This document shows positions 50,517 to 60,920 of a DNA stretch of 64,000 nt, one piece after another; the first letter of the stretch is position 1; each line of letters begins with the position of its first letter. The notes under the pieces are model-generated. The model did no database searches and was not told the origin of the DNA. It was given only the letters and a program-made list of their open reading frames with translations. The DNA lies in the NCBI GenBank assembly GCA_009692425.1, contig SHZF01000002.1, forward strand, positions 64,992 through 128,991. Direction: 5' to 3'. Source of the stretch: Myxococcales bacterium. Its GTDB lineage: Bacteria > Myxococcota_A > UBA9042. The position numbers and the translations under genes were made by a program.

Positions 50517-51709
50517 CCGCGACTGCCCACCGACCTGTCGGCGAAGGTGTCCTCTGCTGCCGCCGCCGCCGCCACGCGCGCACGTGGCTCGCTGCGTGGT
50601 CGGTTGCGCTGGCCTTGGCGCTGCCGTGTCTGGCCCTGGGCAAGCCGTCCGTTGCCGACACGGCGCCGATGCGCCTGCACGTTCATCTTCACGGGATCGA
50701 CGAAGACCGCCGCCCTCCGCTCGAACGCCTGAGCCGCGACGCAGTGCGCCGGGTCGAAGAAGACCTCGTGGCCCGGCTGCACGGCGACCTGCACATCGAC
50801 TTCGTCGGCAGTCCTGCCGATTTCAAGTCCGTCATGGACGCCCACGGTGTCGTCGGCTGGCCCGAGGCTTGGATCGCTGGGCTCGCGTTGCTCGGGCAGG
50901 ATCGCGTCATCGTCCAGGTCGGCGGCCCGGGCGCGCTGAAGACCGCCGAGACCGTCCGGCACGAGATGGCCCACGTGGCCCTGCACGCGCTGTCAGGCGG
51001 CGGCTGGACGCCGCGTTGGTATCACGAGGGCGTCGCCATGTGGCTGGCAGGCGAGGCGACGTATGAGCGGCTCAAGGAGGCCGCAGGTGCAGGCGCATTC
51101 GGCACCCTCGACAGCCTCGCCGACCTTGACGGCAGCTTCGACCCGCAAGGCAACCAGGTGGCGGTGGAGCGTTCGTATGCTGTCGCGGCCGGCTTCGTGC
51201 GGTTTTCCGTCGTGCGGATGGGCGACCGGCGCGCGATCGTGCAGCTCCACGAGCGGATGATGCGGGGCCTCGATTTTCGTGCCGCCTGGACGGCGACGTT
51301 CGGCATGGCGCCCGAAGCCTTGTTTGCCCTCTACGTCACGCACCTGGGCACGCATGGCTCCGCCTGGACGGTGGCCTTGTCCGATGGGCTGATCTGGGGG
51401 CTTGTCTCGGTGCTGGCGCTGCTGGCGACGGCGACGGCATGGCGGCACCGCCCGCGCTACGAACCGGACGACGAGCCGCTCGACTTGGAGGCGATCGCCG
51501 AGGCCGGCCGCGCCGCATTGGATCGGCCCTGGCTTCGCCGCGACTTTGCCGCCGCGCCCTTGCAAATCGACGCGACCGACAACGCACAATGGCCGCCTGC
51601 GCCCGATGGCACCGCTGCCCCGGCGCCCGACGCGTCACCTGACGCCATGCTGGGCCCAAGCCGCGTTGCGCCCGACACCGTTGACGGTCTGCGCGAGCCC
51701 CGCCTATAA
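50513..51709 (+). CDS. Peptidase MA-like (gluzincin) metalloprotein with C-terminal TM helix
   Basis: RHEMAH ... PRWYHEGVA ... RSYA; signal peptide. Confidence 0.82.
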   Translation: MTATAHRPVGEGVLCCRRRRHARTWLAAWSVALALALPCLALGKPSVADTAPMRLHVHLHGIDEDRRPPLERLSRDAVRRVEEDLVARLHGDLHIDFVGSPADFKSVMDAHGVVGWPEAWIAGLALLGQDRVIVQVGGPGALKTAETVRHEMAHVALHALSGGGWTPRWYHEGVAMWLAGEATYERLKEAAGAGAFGTLDSLADLDGSFDPQGNQVAVERSYAVAAGFVRFSVVRMGDRRAIVQLHERMMRGLDFRAAWTATFGMAPEALFALYVTHLGTHGSAWTVALSDGLIWGLVSVLALLATATAWRHRPRYEPDDEPLDLEAIAEAGRAALDRPWLRRDFAAAPLQIDATDNAQWPPAPDGTAAPAPDASPDAMLGPSRVAPDTVDGLREPRL

Positions 51710-51710
51710 C
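51681..51710 (+). promoter_or_regulatory. Sigma70-like promoter TTGACG-N18-TATAAC
   Basis: Near-consensus hexamers about 65 nt upstream of ATG 51775. Confidence 0.4.
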
Positions 51711-51774
51711 CCGTCCATCTACCGGAGCCTGGGAGCCCTCACGGTGCTCCCCACCGCCGCCCTCGGCGGCCCCC

Positions 51775-52992
51775 ATGGTCGAACCTGGTGCCATCGTTCA
51801 CTCCTTGCACGCGCGGCTGTTGGCGCGGGCCCACGTGCGCGTGCTCGTCGCCGCAGTCGGGTATGGCCAGAAGCAGTTTGACCGCGCGCTCGTGCACCGG
51901 GCGGCGACGGCGTTCCTGGGTGTCGAAGTCGTCGATCGCGCCGACCTGGAGGCGGTGCTCGATGAGCGCGAGGCCCACGCCCAGTTCTTGCCGTGGCTGT
52001 TGTGGGACGCTCCCCGCGGCCCGCGGAAACCGCCGCTGGCCGCCGACCTGCGCGACCGCTTTCGTACTGGCGTCGAACGCACCGTCCTGGATGGGCTGCT
52101 GACCGTCAGGCCCGACGCCTATTGCGTCGCTTGCGTCGATGCCGCGGGCGTCGTGCTGGAGCGCCTGGCAGATGGCTCGCGCACGCACCTCAGCGAGCCG
52201 ACGCTGCGCGCGGTGGCGGCCGTCGGCGAAATCTACATCGCCCGCATCCTCCACGTCGGCGACATCGCGCTGCTCGATGCGGTGCACGCGTGCATGCCGG
52301 CCGCCGCACGTCCCCAACTCGAAAAGGCCGCCGTGCGGGCGGCGCGCGGCTCCCGCAGCAAGGCCCTGCCGACGCTGATTGCGGCGTGCCAGCAGGTAGC
52401 ACAGCGCCTTGCCCGGTTGCAGCCTGGGTTGGCCGAAGTGCGTGGACAAATGCACGCCACGTTGGTTTTTGCGTTGACGCCGGGCGCCGACGTGACCGCG
52501 CGCCTGGATGGCCTCGCCGCGTCGGGCGAACTCGAGAGGCTGCGCGGCCGGCTCTCGATCCGGCACCCCGCGATCGGGCCGGTGGGCACCGTGCTGCGCT
52601 TGAGCGACGGCCGTCTGTTGGCATCGACGTCTGCGCCGTGGCGGGCGCGCAGCCTGCGGATCGCTGTCGAGCGTGCGGTGCCGGGCGTGCGCTACGTGTG
52701 CACTCTGTTTCGCGATCTCGGTCCACTGTTCGATCTCGGCCGCCGTGAGGAACTGCCGCGCCACGAACTGCGCAGGCTGGCGGAGGATTGGCTCGGCGAG
52801 TGCCTGCTCACATTCTCGGATACCCCGCACGTGTGGCTCGACGGCGCCACGCCGCGCGAGGCCGTGCGCACGGCGTCGGGTCGCACGCAGGTCCAGGCGT
52901 GGCTGCGGGACGTGGAGCGCGTCGGCGAGGTGGCGGGTCCAGCCTGTCGGGCTGCGGTCGATTCGCTGCGGCAGGAACTTGCACTCGCTTGA
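51775..52992 (+). CDS. Hypothetical protein with C-terminal MbcA/ParS(Xre)-like motif
   Basis: DTPHVWLDGATPREAV...GRTQVQAWL at the C-terminus; otherwise unrecognised. Confidence 0.55.
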   Translation: MVEPGAIVHSLHARLLARAHVRVLVAAVGYGQKQFDRALVHRAATAFLGVEVVDRADLEAVLDEREAHAQFLPWLLWDAPRGPRKPPLAADLRDRFRTGVERTVLDGLLTVRPDAYCVACVDAAGVVLERLADGSRTHLSEPTLRAVAAVGEIYIARILHVGDIALLDAVHACMPAAARPQLEKAAVRAARGSRSKALPTLIAACQQVAQRLARLQPGLAEVRGQMHATLVFALTPGADVTARLDGLAASGELERLRGRLSIRHPAIGPVGTVLRLSDGRLLASTSAPWRARSLRIAVERAVPGVRYVCTLFRDLGPLFDLGRREELPRHELRRLAEDWLGECLLTFSDTPHVWLDGATPREAVRTASGRTQVQAWLRDVERVGEVAGPACRAAVDSLRQELALA

Positions 52993-53007
52993 TCGCCCTG
53001 GGCACCG

Positions 53008-53268
53008 TCAAGAACCGTCCGGCTCGAACGCCTTGCAGAACTCCGGGATTCCGTCGGTTCGCACGATCTCGAGCAGCGCAAGCGTCGGGGTGTGCAGCGC
53101 GGCGTTCGGCCAGCCCAGACTGCAGGTGCCGATTGACGCCACGACATAGGCGCAATCGTCGCAGCGGAATTGCAGTGCCAGCGCGCTCGCCTCGGCCCGA
53201 AACTGTGCGTTGACATCCGTCCGCTTTTCTCCGCTGTGCAACAACCGCGGCTGGAAGGCTTGCTTCAA
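53008..53268 (-). CDS. Small 4-Cys protein (about 86 aa)
   Basis: TTG overlapping the upstream TGA; FRCDDCAY...CSLGWP...FCKAFE. Confidence 0.55.
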   Translation of the reverse strand: MKQAFQPRLLHSGEKRTDVNAQFRAEASALALQFRCDDCAYVVASIGTCSLGWPNAALHTPTLALLEIVRTDGIPEFCKAFEPDGS

Positions 53269-54011
53269 CGTACGGACTCCTCGCGATCGAGCGCCTTGCG
53301 CGCCGCCGCTACGAGCGCCGCCTCTGCGGGCGCCAAGGCGGTGCGCTCCGCCTCGATCAGCATTGCGTTGCCCCGCCTGCGTCCCTGGGCCAGCGCGCGC
53401 AGCACCGCGACGTGGACGCCTCCGCGCTCGCCCGCCAGTTCTGGCCCGCTGGCCCGCCAGTCTCCCGCCGCCTGAACCCGCACTACAGCGAGCGCGACGC
53501 GCGCCAGGGCGTCCTGACCGATGCCGCCAAGGCTGGCCACGAACGGCAGCGCAAGGTCCGGCCGTCCGGCGCGCACGCACGAATCGACGCCGAGGGCGCG
53601 GAACAAGCGCGCGGCTACCAGCACTTCTGCGGTGATCTCGAAAAGTGGCGTCGGGCCGCGCACATTGGCCGTCAGGAATCTGTCGATGCCGGCAAGGTCG
53701 GCGTCTGCCCGCTGCGCCCCGAAGAAAACGCCGGCTGCGGTGCGCATCCGCTCGGCCCGCAGGGTCGCTGTCGCCGTGCAGGCTACGCTCCAGTTGGCGC
53801 GGGCGTGGGCTACGGCGGACAGTCGCAGCGCCGGCGGGGCGTCTTGCGGGCGCGCCAGGCGAGGCCGCAGCGGTTGGATCTGGGCCAGCAGATCAACGGA
53901 TGGAGCCGCCGCGCTGGCGTCGTGGCCCCACAGGACACCGAATGCGGCCGCGATCGCCGCAGAGGAACCTGCAGCGCGCGCGATGCTCCGAAACGGTCCA
54001 ACTCCCCTCAT
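53265..54011 (-). CDS. Hypothetical exported protein; start uncertain
   Basis: Signal-like segment ending ASAA; Ala/Arg-rich helical body; fills the gap between flanking genes. Confidence 0.45.
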   Translation of the reverse strand: MRGVGPFRSIARAAGSSAAIAAAFGVLWGHDASAAAPSVDLLAQIQPLRPRLARPQDAPPALRLSAVAHARANWSVACTATATLRAERMRTAAGVFFGAQRADADLAGIDRFLTANVRGPTPLFEITAEVLVAARLFRALGVDSCVRAGRPDLALPFVASLGGIGQDALARVALAVVRVQAAGDWRASGPELAGERGGVHVAVLRALAQGRRRGNAMLIEAERTALAPAEAALVAAARKALDREESVR

Positions 54012-54290
54012 GATCCTCCGCCCCGACGCTCCGGCCGCCTTGACAGCCCACTGCAGCATCCTAACGTGCGCCCGCCGCGCTGGACAGGCGGTGGATGCCG
54101 ATCTGGCTCCGCCGTCCGCGTGCGGTCAGGCTCGCGGGCCTCGGGAGCGGGCGTGTGCTGGGGGTGCCAGGGCCGGCGCGCCGGGCCGGGAATACCTCAG
54201 CGCTCCGACCGGTTCCCGCCCGCCCACGGCTCCTGCGAGGTCCGTGCTTTGCAGGTGTTCGGTCGGCCGACGCCGTTTGCAGGAGATAGA

Positions 54291-55253
54291 ATGACGCCCC
54301 ATCCGGTCATCCAAGTGCGCGACTTGGTCAAGCGCTACCCGACGAAGACGGCGCTGGACGGCGTCTCATTCGACGTACACGCTGGCGAGATCCTTGGCCT
54401 GCTCGGACCCAACGGCGCGGGCAAGTCCACGAGCATGAAGATCTTGACGTCCTACCTGTCGCCCAGCTCCGGCAAGGTGACGGTGGACGGCATCGACCTC
54501 GACGTCGATCCGGTCGGCGTGCGCGCCCTGCTGGGCTACCTGCCCGAATCGACGCCCCTGTACCTTGACATGGTGGCCTACGACTACCTGATGTGGATCG
54601 GCGAGATGCGCGGCTTCGATCGCGCCACCTGCCACCGCCGCATCGCCGAAGTCGCCAGCGTCGTCGGGATCAAGGAAGTCATCGGCATGCAGATCGGCCA
54701 GCTGTCGAAGGGCTACAAGCAGCGCGTAGGTCTCGCCCAGGCGCTGCTGCACAATCCGAAAATCCTCATCCTCGACGAGCCGACTTCGGGCCTCGACCCC
54801 AACCAGATCGTCGAAATTCGCAACCTGATTCGGGATCTCGGCAAGTCGCACACCGTGATCCTGTCGAGCCACAATCTCGCCGAGGTGCGCCAGGTCTGCG
54901 ACCGCATCGTGATCATCCACCGCGGCAAGGTCGTGGCCGACGGCTCGGTCGACGAACTGGAAGGCAAGGTCGGCGCGTCGCACAAGCTCGTCGTCGGCGT
55001 GGCTCCGGCGGCCGGTGCGCCGACCAGCGCCGTCGCAGCCCTGCTGGCGGGACTGCCGCGCGTCAAGGCTGCGATCTTCACACACGACGTCCGGGCGCCG
55101 GTACCGCACGCGGTGTACGACGTCGAGGCCGACGCCGACGTGAGGCCAGAACTCGCCGACGCGATCGGCAAGGCCGGCCACACCATCGTCGAACTGCGCC
55201 GCAAATCGATGGACTTGGAAGCGATCTTCCAGCAGTTGACGCACGACGTCTGA
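54291..55253 (+). CDS. ABC transporter ATP-binding protein, GldA-like
   Basis: AGGAG RBS; GPNGAGKST, LSKGYKQRVGLAQA, ILDEPTSGLDPNQI. Confidence 0.92.
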   Translation: MTPHPVIQVRDLVKRYPTKTALDGVSFDVHAGEILGLLGPNGAGKSTSMKILTSYLSPSSGKVTVDGIDLDVDPVGVRALLGYLPESTPLYLDMVAYDYLMWIGEMRGFDRATCHRRIAEVASVVGIKEVIGMQIGQLSKGYKQRVGLAQALLHNPKILILDEPTSGLDPNQIVEIRNLIRDLGKSHTVILSSHNLAEVRQVCDRIVIIHRGKVVADGSVDELEGKVGASHKLVVGVAPAAGAPTSAVAALLAGLPRVKAAIFTHDVRAPVPHAVYDVEADADVRPELADAIGKAGHTIVELRRKSMDLEAIFQQLTHDV

Positions 55254-55284
55254 TCGCGCCACTGCCGTCTTGAGGAGACTGACC

Positions 55285-56112
55285 ATGAGCAACACCGCTA
55301 CGGAATCGCTGGCGCCATCGCCCACGCGCGGGGCGTCCGCAACCGCGATCGCCACGCCGCGCCCGCCGCGGGCCTCGTCAATGCGGCCGGTCATCACGAT
55401 CGCGCGCCGCGAAATGGCCGCGACGTTCGATTCGCCGATCGCGTACATCGCCGGTACCGTGTTCCTTGTCGTGACCGGGTTGCTGTTCTTTTTTGGTGTG
55501 AGCGGAGCCGACGATTTCTTCGCCGCCCGCGAGGCCACGCTGCGGCCCCTGTTCGAGTACGCGCCGTGGGTGCTCGCCGTCATCCTGCCGGCCGTCACCA
55601 TGCGGTTGCTGGCCGAGGAGAAGAAGGCGGGGACGCTCGAACTGCTCGTGACGCTGCCCGTCACCGACCTGCAGATCGTGCTGGGCAAGCTGCTCGGCGC
55701 CGTCGGCTTTTTGGCGGTGGCGTTGCTCTTGACCGGTGTGTTCCCACTGCTCGTCGCCATGAAGGGCGCTCCCGACCTCGGCGCAGTGGCTGGCGGTTAT
55801 CTGGGGCTGTTTCTCGTAGGCACGGCGTTCTTGTCGTTGGGGCTGATGACATCGACGTGGACCCACAACCAGATCGTCGCATTCATCGTCGGACTGCTCC
55901 TGTGCGCCTTCTTCTGGACGGCCACGGACGCGCTGCTCAAGGCCGTATTCGATCCGGTTCCGTCGGTGCTCCAGCTGCTGAATTTTCAGAACCAATTCAG
56001 CGATTTCTCCAAGGGAGTCGTCGACCTGCGCAATGTTCTGTACTTCGTTGCTGTGACTGCCGTGGGCGTCGCGGTTTCGACCTACTCGCTGCAATCGCGC
56101 CAGTGGAAGTGA
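55285..56112 (+). CDS. ABC-2 permease, GldF-like
   Basis: GAGGAG RBS; FDSPIAY, TMRLLAEEKKAGTLELL, IVLGK, NQIVAF. Confidence 0.9.
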   Translation: MSNTATESLAPSPTRGASATAIATPRPPRASSMRPVITIARREMAATFDSPIAYIAGTVFLVVTGLLFFFGVSGADDFFAAREATLRPLFEYAPWVLAVILPAVTMRLLAEEKKAGTLELLVTLPVTDLQIVLGKLLGAVGFLAVALLLTGVFPLLVAMKGAPDLGAVAGGYLGLFLVGTAFLSLGLMTSTWTHNQIVAFIVGLLLCAFFWTATDALLKAVFDPVPSVLQLLNFQNQFSDFSKGVVDLRNVLYFVAVTAVGVAVSTYSLQSRQWK

Positions 56113-56183
56113 GCGCTTTCCACTTCTGACACCCCCCTGCGCTGTCCGGCCATCCGTTGCGGTGGCACCCGACGAGGCAATCC

Positions 56184-58688
56184 ATGGCAACCGCTACTCC
56201 CGCCAGCCCGGCCGCCGCTCCGGCGACCCGCAGCCGCACCGACGCCGTCGTCATGCTCGGCGCCACGATCGGCATCGCCGTGGTCATCAACGCGCTGGCG
56301 TTGCAGACATCGGTCCGCCTGGATCTGACCGAACAGAAGATCCATACGCTTTCGGACGCCAGCGTCGCGGCGGCCCAGGCGCTCGACAACGTCGCCGTCA
56401 CCGTCTACGTGTCGAAGAAGCTGCCGGAAACGATCCCGACCCCGCAGGGCAAGGTTCCCTTGCGCGGCATTGAGCGGTCGTTTCGCGACAAGATCGACGA
56501 GTACCTGCGCGCGTCGGGCGGCCACATGAGCATCGCCTACGCCGACGACAACAGCCCCGGCGTCGGCACGATCGAGGAGCAGGGCGAAGCGGCGAAGCTC
56601 GAGCCGTTTTCGTCCACGGAGGCCGAAGTCACCGGCGGCCAGCTGAAATTCGCGCGCTTCGTCATGGGCGCCACCTTTCACTACAAGACCGTGCACGAGG
56701 TGCTGCCCAAGGCCCTCCAGCCGGGTTTCTATGAGTTTGAGATCACGAAGATCCTCTTGCGGCTGAAGGAAAAACACGACAACGCTGAGTTGATGAAGGA
56801 GCCGCTGGCGCATGGCAAGGCGCTGTTCGAGGGCGTGAAGGCGTGCAACGAGGCGGTGCAAAAGGCTGCGAAGGTCGACGAAAAAGAAGCCGACACGACG
56901 GCCGGGCTCAACCTGAAGGCCGCGACCGACCCCACCCAGAAGAGGCTGGACGCGCTCAAGCTGGCCCGCCCCGACCTCGACAAGGTGTGCAAGCCCGTCG
57001 GCGATCTCGTCACGAAGGAGGGCGGACCGCTGAAGGGCAAGAACCAGTTCGGCGACAACCTTGTGCAGGCAGCCAACCAGTTCCGCGAGGCTTGGGACGA
57101 CTTGGCGCAGACCGTCGGGCCGGCCGGCAGCGCGGAGCCCGACAAGAAAGCCGTGATGCCGCCGCACATCGTGGTGCCGCAGCTCGTCAACGTGCTCGAG
57201 CAGCTGTTTCGCGAAGTGGACCGCGCGCACCAGACGCTGACCGACAGTCCGGGGCGCAAGCAGATCGGCTTCCTGTGCGGCCACGACGAATTCTGCCCGT
57301 TCGGCGAGGCCGAGCCCTTCGTGCAGGAGCAGCTCGCCATGATGATGGCGCAGAACAACCCGATGATGAAGCAGATCGTCCAGGCCGCCACCCAGATCGC
57401 GCAAGGCATCGACGAGACGAACGGGCGCATTGGCGACAACCTGTTCACGAAGCGCGGCTACTCGATCCGGCGCGTCGATCCAGGCGAGCCGATCGGCAGC
57501 GACATCAGCGCCTTGATCGTGTATGCGCCGCGCAAGGCCGTCAGTGAATACACCAAGTTCCAACTCGACCAGTTCCTGCTCTCGGGTCGCGCGGTCGTGA
57601 TGCTGGCGCAGGAATGGGAAGTCGCACTGATGAACATGGCCGCGTCCGACGACATCGGCAACGACATGCGCACCGACTACACCGCGATGACGGCAACCAC
57701 ATCCAACTTGGGCGACATCCTCAAGGGGTGGGGCATCGAGCTGAAGAAGGAGCCAATCCTCGATTCCGAGCACGTCGATACCGTGCGCGTCATGCAGCTC
57801 GTCAACCGGGGTGGGCTGCAATTCCAGACGCAGCAGGATTTTCCCTACGGTCTGATTCCGGTCGCCGTCGATTTCGACCGCAGCCATCCGCTGACGCGTT
57901 CGCTCTCCAACCTCGCCCTGCCGTACACCACGAGCCTCGAAGTCACGACGGCCCTGCGCAACGACAAGCGCTTCGAGGTCGTCGACGTGATCAAGAGCTC
58001 CAAGACGTCGGTGCGCAAGGCCCCGCCGATTCCGGTGATTCCGCCGGCGCTGAACGAACTCGTCAAACGCACGCCGCCGACCGGGCCGCACACGCTGGCG
58101 CTGTACGTGCGCGGTCCCTTCCCGTCGCTGTTTGCGGGCAAGGAACTGCCGAAACGGCCCAAGCGTGAAGACAAGGGCAAGGACCCAATGGGCATGGAGC
58201 GCCCCAAGGACACGGACGAAAACGTCGACAACGACTGGGCGTTGGCCAAGCGCCAGTTTCGGGCCGAGGGCTCCGGCAAGCTGCTCGTGGTCGCGTCAAA
58301 CCTGGGCATCGAAGGGCTCAGCCGCGCCACGGTGCTCAGCGGCTTCGACCTGTCCAAACTGACGCAGTTTTCGGCGGACACGATCAAGCTGTACCAGCAG
58401 TGGCAGGCCGGTTTCCAGAACTGGCAGATTCGCATTGGCCAAGTATCGCACCTGCTCGGTGACAACCTGCAGTTTCTCTACAACGTGCTCGACTGGGCCA
58501 GTTCGCACGAAGCGCTGGTCGCGATCCGATCGAAGGGCGACACGCGTCGACCGCTGGAGCAGATCGAGAATGACGACGCCCGCCGGTTGCGTCTCGGGGC
58601 CTTGTTGGGCGCGCCCCTTCTTCTGGTGGGCGCAGGCCTGGCGCGCTGGCGGATGCGCCGGCGCCGCGATGCGGCGTTGCAGGTGTAG
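56184..58688 (+). CDS. GldG-like ABC auxiliary protein with large insertions
   Basis: RLDLTEQKIHTLS, EFEIT, IGFLCGHDE, LDQFLLSG, NVLDW...IRSK, C-terminal TM followed by RRRR. Confidence 0.82.
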   Translation: MATATPASPAAAPATRSRTDAVVMLGATIGIAVVINALALQTSVRLDLTEQKIHTLSDASVAAAQALDNVAVTVYVSKKLPETIPTPQGKVPLRGIERSFRDKIDEYLRASGGHMSIAYADDNSPGVGTIEEQGEAAKLEPFSSTEAEVTGGQLKFARFVMGATFHYKTVHEVLPKALQPGFYEFEITKILLRLKEKHDNAELMKEPLAHGKALFEGVKACNEAVQKAAKVDEKEADTTAGLNLKAATDPTQKRLDALKLARPDLDKVCKPVGDLVTKEGGPLKGKNQFGDNLVQAANQFREAWDDLAQTVGPAGSAEPDKKAVMPPHIVVPQLVNVLEQLFREVDRAHQTLTDSPGRKQIGFLCGHDEFCPFGEAEPFVQEQLAMMMAQNNPMMKQIVQAATQIAQGIDETNGRIGDNLFTKRGYSIRRVDPGEPIGSDISALIVYAPRKAVSEYTKFQLDQFLLSGRAVVMLAQEWEVALMNMAASDDIGNDMRTDYTAMTATTSNLGDILKGWGIELKKEPILDSEHVDTVRVMQLVNRGGLQFQTQQDFPYGLIPVAVDFDRSHPLTRSLSNLALPYTTSLEVTTALRNDKRFEVVDVIKSSKTSVRKAPPIPVIPPALNELVKRTPPTGPHTLALYVRGPFPSLFAGKELPKRPKREDKGKDPMGMERPKDTDENVDNDWALAKRQFRAEGSGKLLVVASNLGIEGLSRATVLSGFDLSKLTQFSADTIKLYQQWQAGFQNWQIRIGQVSHLLGDNLQFLYNVLDWASSHEALVAIRSKGDTRRPLEQIENDDARRLRLGALLGAPLLLVGAGLARWRMRRRRDAALQV

Positions 58689-58745
58689 CGGGCGGCAGCC
58701 CAACCAGGAACGGGGCGCGATGGCGTTCGACAGCAGAGGGAGTCC

Positions 58746-60677
58746 ATGAAGCGATCGACATGGTACGTGGTCGGAACGTTTGCAGTCCTGCTCGCGGCTT
58801 ATGCCGCCATGTCGTGGCGCCCGAAGGCCGATACGCCGCCGCCGCTCTCCATCGACGGCTACATTGGCAACCTGTCGGAACAGGACGCGCGCAGCCAGGC
58901 CAAGGACACTCCGCCGCCGGTCAAGCGGATCGTGATCCGGCGCAAGGATGAGGAGATCACCCTCGACCGGCTGCCACCCGCCAGCAAGGACAAGCCCGAG
59001 GCCGTCACCGAGTTGAAGTGGACCGCCAAGCGGGTCGCCCACGGCAAGACGACGGAGACGAAGGCGCAGGGCTTTCGGGCGCAGAGCATGTCGGAAACGC
59101 TGATGCGATCCATCCGGTCGTCGCACACGCGCAAGGTGAGCGCAGCCGAATTGAAAGACTATGGACTGGACGCCGACCACCGCATCGAAGTTGAGTGGAC
59201 CCTCGACAACCGCACCGTCAAGATTCGCCTCGGGTTGCTGCAAAAGCCAGAAGAGGGGGACCCGAGCACGTGGGTGCAGGCCGCGGGGGTGGACGATGTC
59301 GTCTACCAGGTGGCGGCGCGCGACCTGCGCACCAGCTTCGATGTGACCTGGAGCGACCTGCGCGACCGTTCGGTGTTGAGCCTCAAGCTCGAAGACGTTG
59401 ACCGCATCGAAATCGAGAACCCTGCGGACGCCAAGGCGAAGAAGGTCGTGGCGCAGCGCCCAGGCCTATCCGACGTCCAGCGCAAGGAACTGGCCGACAA
59501 GAAGCAGGAACGGGACGCCAACGAAGGCTGGGCGCTCCAGGAGCCGGCGGGCGTCGTCACCGGCGACATCGGCGACTGGTTGAAGGCGATCGATCGGTTC
59601 AGTGTGAGCGAATTCATCGACTCCGCTACGGTGGCCGACAAGAAGCTCGACACGGGCTTGGACGATCCCGCGACCCGCGTGGTCGTCACGGTGACCGCAG
59701 GCAAGGACAAGACCGTGATCGTGTTCGGTCGCACCGACGCCGAGCGCCCCAACAAGGAAGCCTATGCCCGCATCGAGGGTCGCGACGAACTGTACCTCGT
59801 GGCGTCGTACACGAAGGACCAGATCGTGCAGACCTTGGACCAGTTGCGCGACCGTCGGCTGCTCGGCGCGCGCCACGGCAAGGACGCGACAGCCTTCAAG
59901 CTGACGTCCGGCGCGATGCGGCTCGACGGCACGCGCGGTCCCGCGGGCTGGACGCTGGCGGGCGCCGAGGTGCGGCCGAGTGCTGCGGCGATCGACACGT
60001 TCCTGGGTGACCTGGACGCACTCAAGGTGGACTTTGCCGCACCCGAGGCTCCCACGGCGACGGGTCTCGACGCTCCCGGGGCCACTGCGGAATTTCAGTT
60101 TGGCGGCGAGACGGTGCGCTTCGACCTTGGCAAGGAGGTCGATGGCAATACATGGGGACGGTCGTTCGCCGGTGGCCAGCCTGGCGACACGTTCAAACTC
60201 AGTTCGTGGAACGCCGGCAAGCTCAAGAAGACCGGCGCTGACCTTGCCGACAAGCACCTGATCGAGGTGGCCCGCGACGACATTGCAGAACTGTGGCTGA
60301 CACCGCCCGCTGCTGCCGATGCGGTGCACCTTGTGCGCGACGTAACGGGCAGCGGCTGGTCCGGAGACGGCGGAGGAAAGCGTGGGAAAATCAAGGAGGA
60401 CGCGGCCAACGACCTGATCCGCGCGGTGGCCGACGCCGAATGGTCCGCCGTGCACGCGGATAAGGCTCCGGCAAGTGTGGGGTTGGATGGGGGACATTTC
60501 AGCGTAAAGGTGCGCACCCGGGCTGGGAAAGAGGCAGAAATCCGCCTTTCTGAACAGAAGGCGGGCGAGGATCCCTACGTCGTAGCGGTCGTGGCCGGCA
60601 AGATGGACAAGGTCGCGGCAATCGGGTCGTGGGCGGCTGGCAATCTGCGCAAGGTCGCGAAAGACTTCTTTGAGTGA
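58746..60677 (+). CDS. DUF4340-like protein with repeated domains
   Basis: N-terminal TM; recurring (Y/T/V)GLD and LRDR motifs; position after a GldG-like gene. Confidence 0.72.
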   Translation: MKRSTWYVVGTFAVLLAAYAAMSWRPKADTPPPLSIDGYIGNLSEQDARSQAKDTPPPVKRIVIRRKDEEITLDRLPPASKDKPEAVTELKWTAKRVAHGKTTETKAQGFRAQSMSETLMRSIRSSHTRKVSAAELKDYGLDADHRIEVEWTLDNRTVKIRLGLLQKPEEGDPSTWVQAAGVDDVVYQVAARDLRTSFDVTWSDLRDRSVLSLKLEDVDRIEIENPADAKAKKVVAQRPGLSDVQRKELADKKQERDANEGWALQEPAGVVTGDIGDWLKAIDRFSVSEFIDSATVADKKLDTGLDDPATRVVVTVTAGKDKTVIVFGRTDAERPNKEAYARIEGRDELYLVASYTKDQIVQTLDQLRDRRLLGARHGKDATAFKLTSGAMRLDGTRGPAGWTLAGAEVRPSAAAIDTFLGDLDALKVDFAAPEAPTATGLDAPGATAEFQFGGETVRFDLGKEVDGNTWGRSFAGGQPGDTFKLSSWNAGKLKKTGADLADKHLIEVARDDIAELWLTPPAAADAVHLVRDVTGSGWSGDGGGKRGKIKEDAANDLIRAVADAEWSAVHADKAPASVGLDGGHFSVKVRTRAGKEAEIRLSEQKAGEDPYVVAVVAGKMDKVAAIGSWAAGNLRKVAKDFFE

Positions 60678-60920
60678 TTGCACACGAGGGAGTCGCTTTC
60701 TCCAGCCCGACGCACTGCCGCCGCGGGGTTTCGCAGCGCCCCGCCACAGACTGGCACAGACGCCAAGTGACCGGTTTCGTATGGATTCAGTCCGACAGAC
60801 GCCAACTGTACGACTTCGTGCGCTTCTGTCGTGTCTGCGGATCCACACTGCATTGCGCGGCGAAATGTCCCGCAAAGGTTGCTTGTCGCGGCCCACACAG
60901 ACGACTACCATCCGGCGCCG

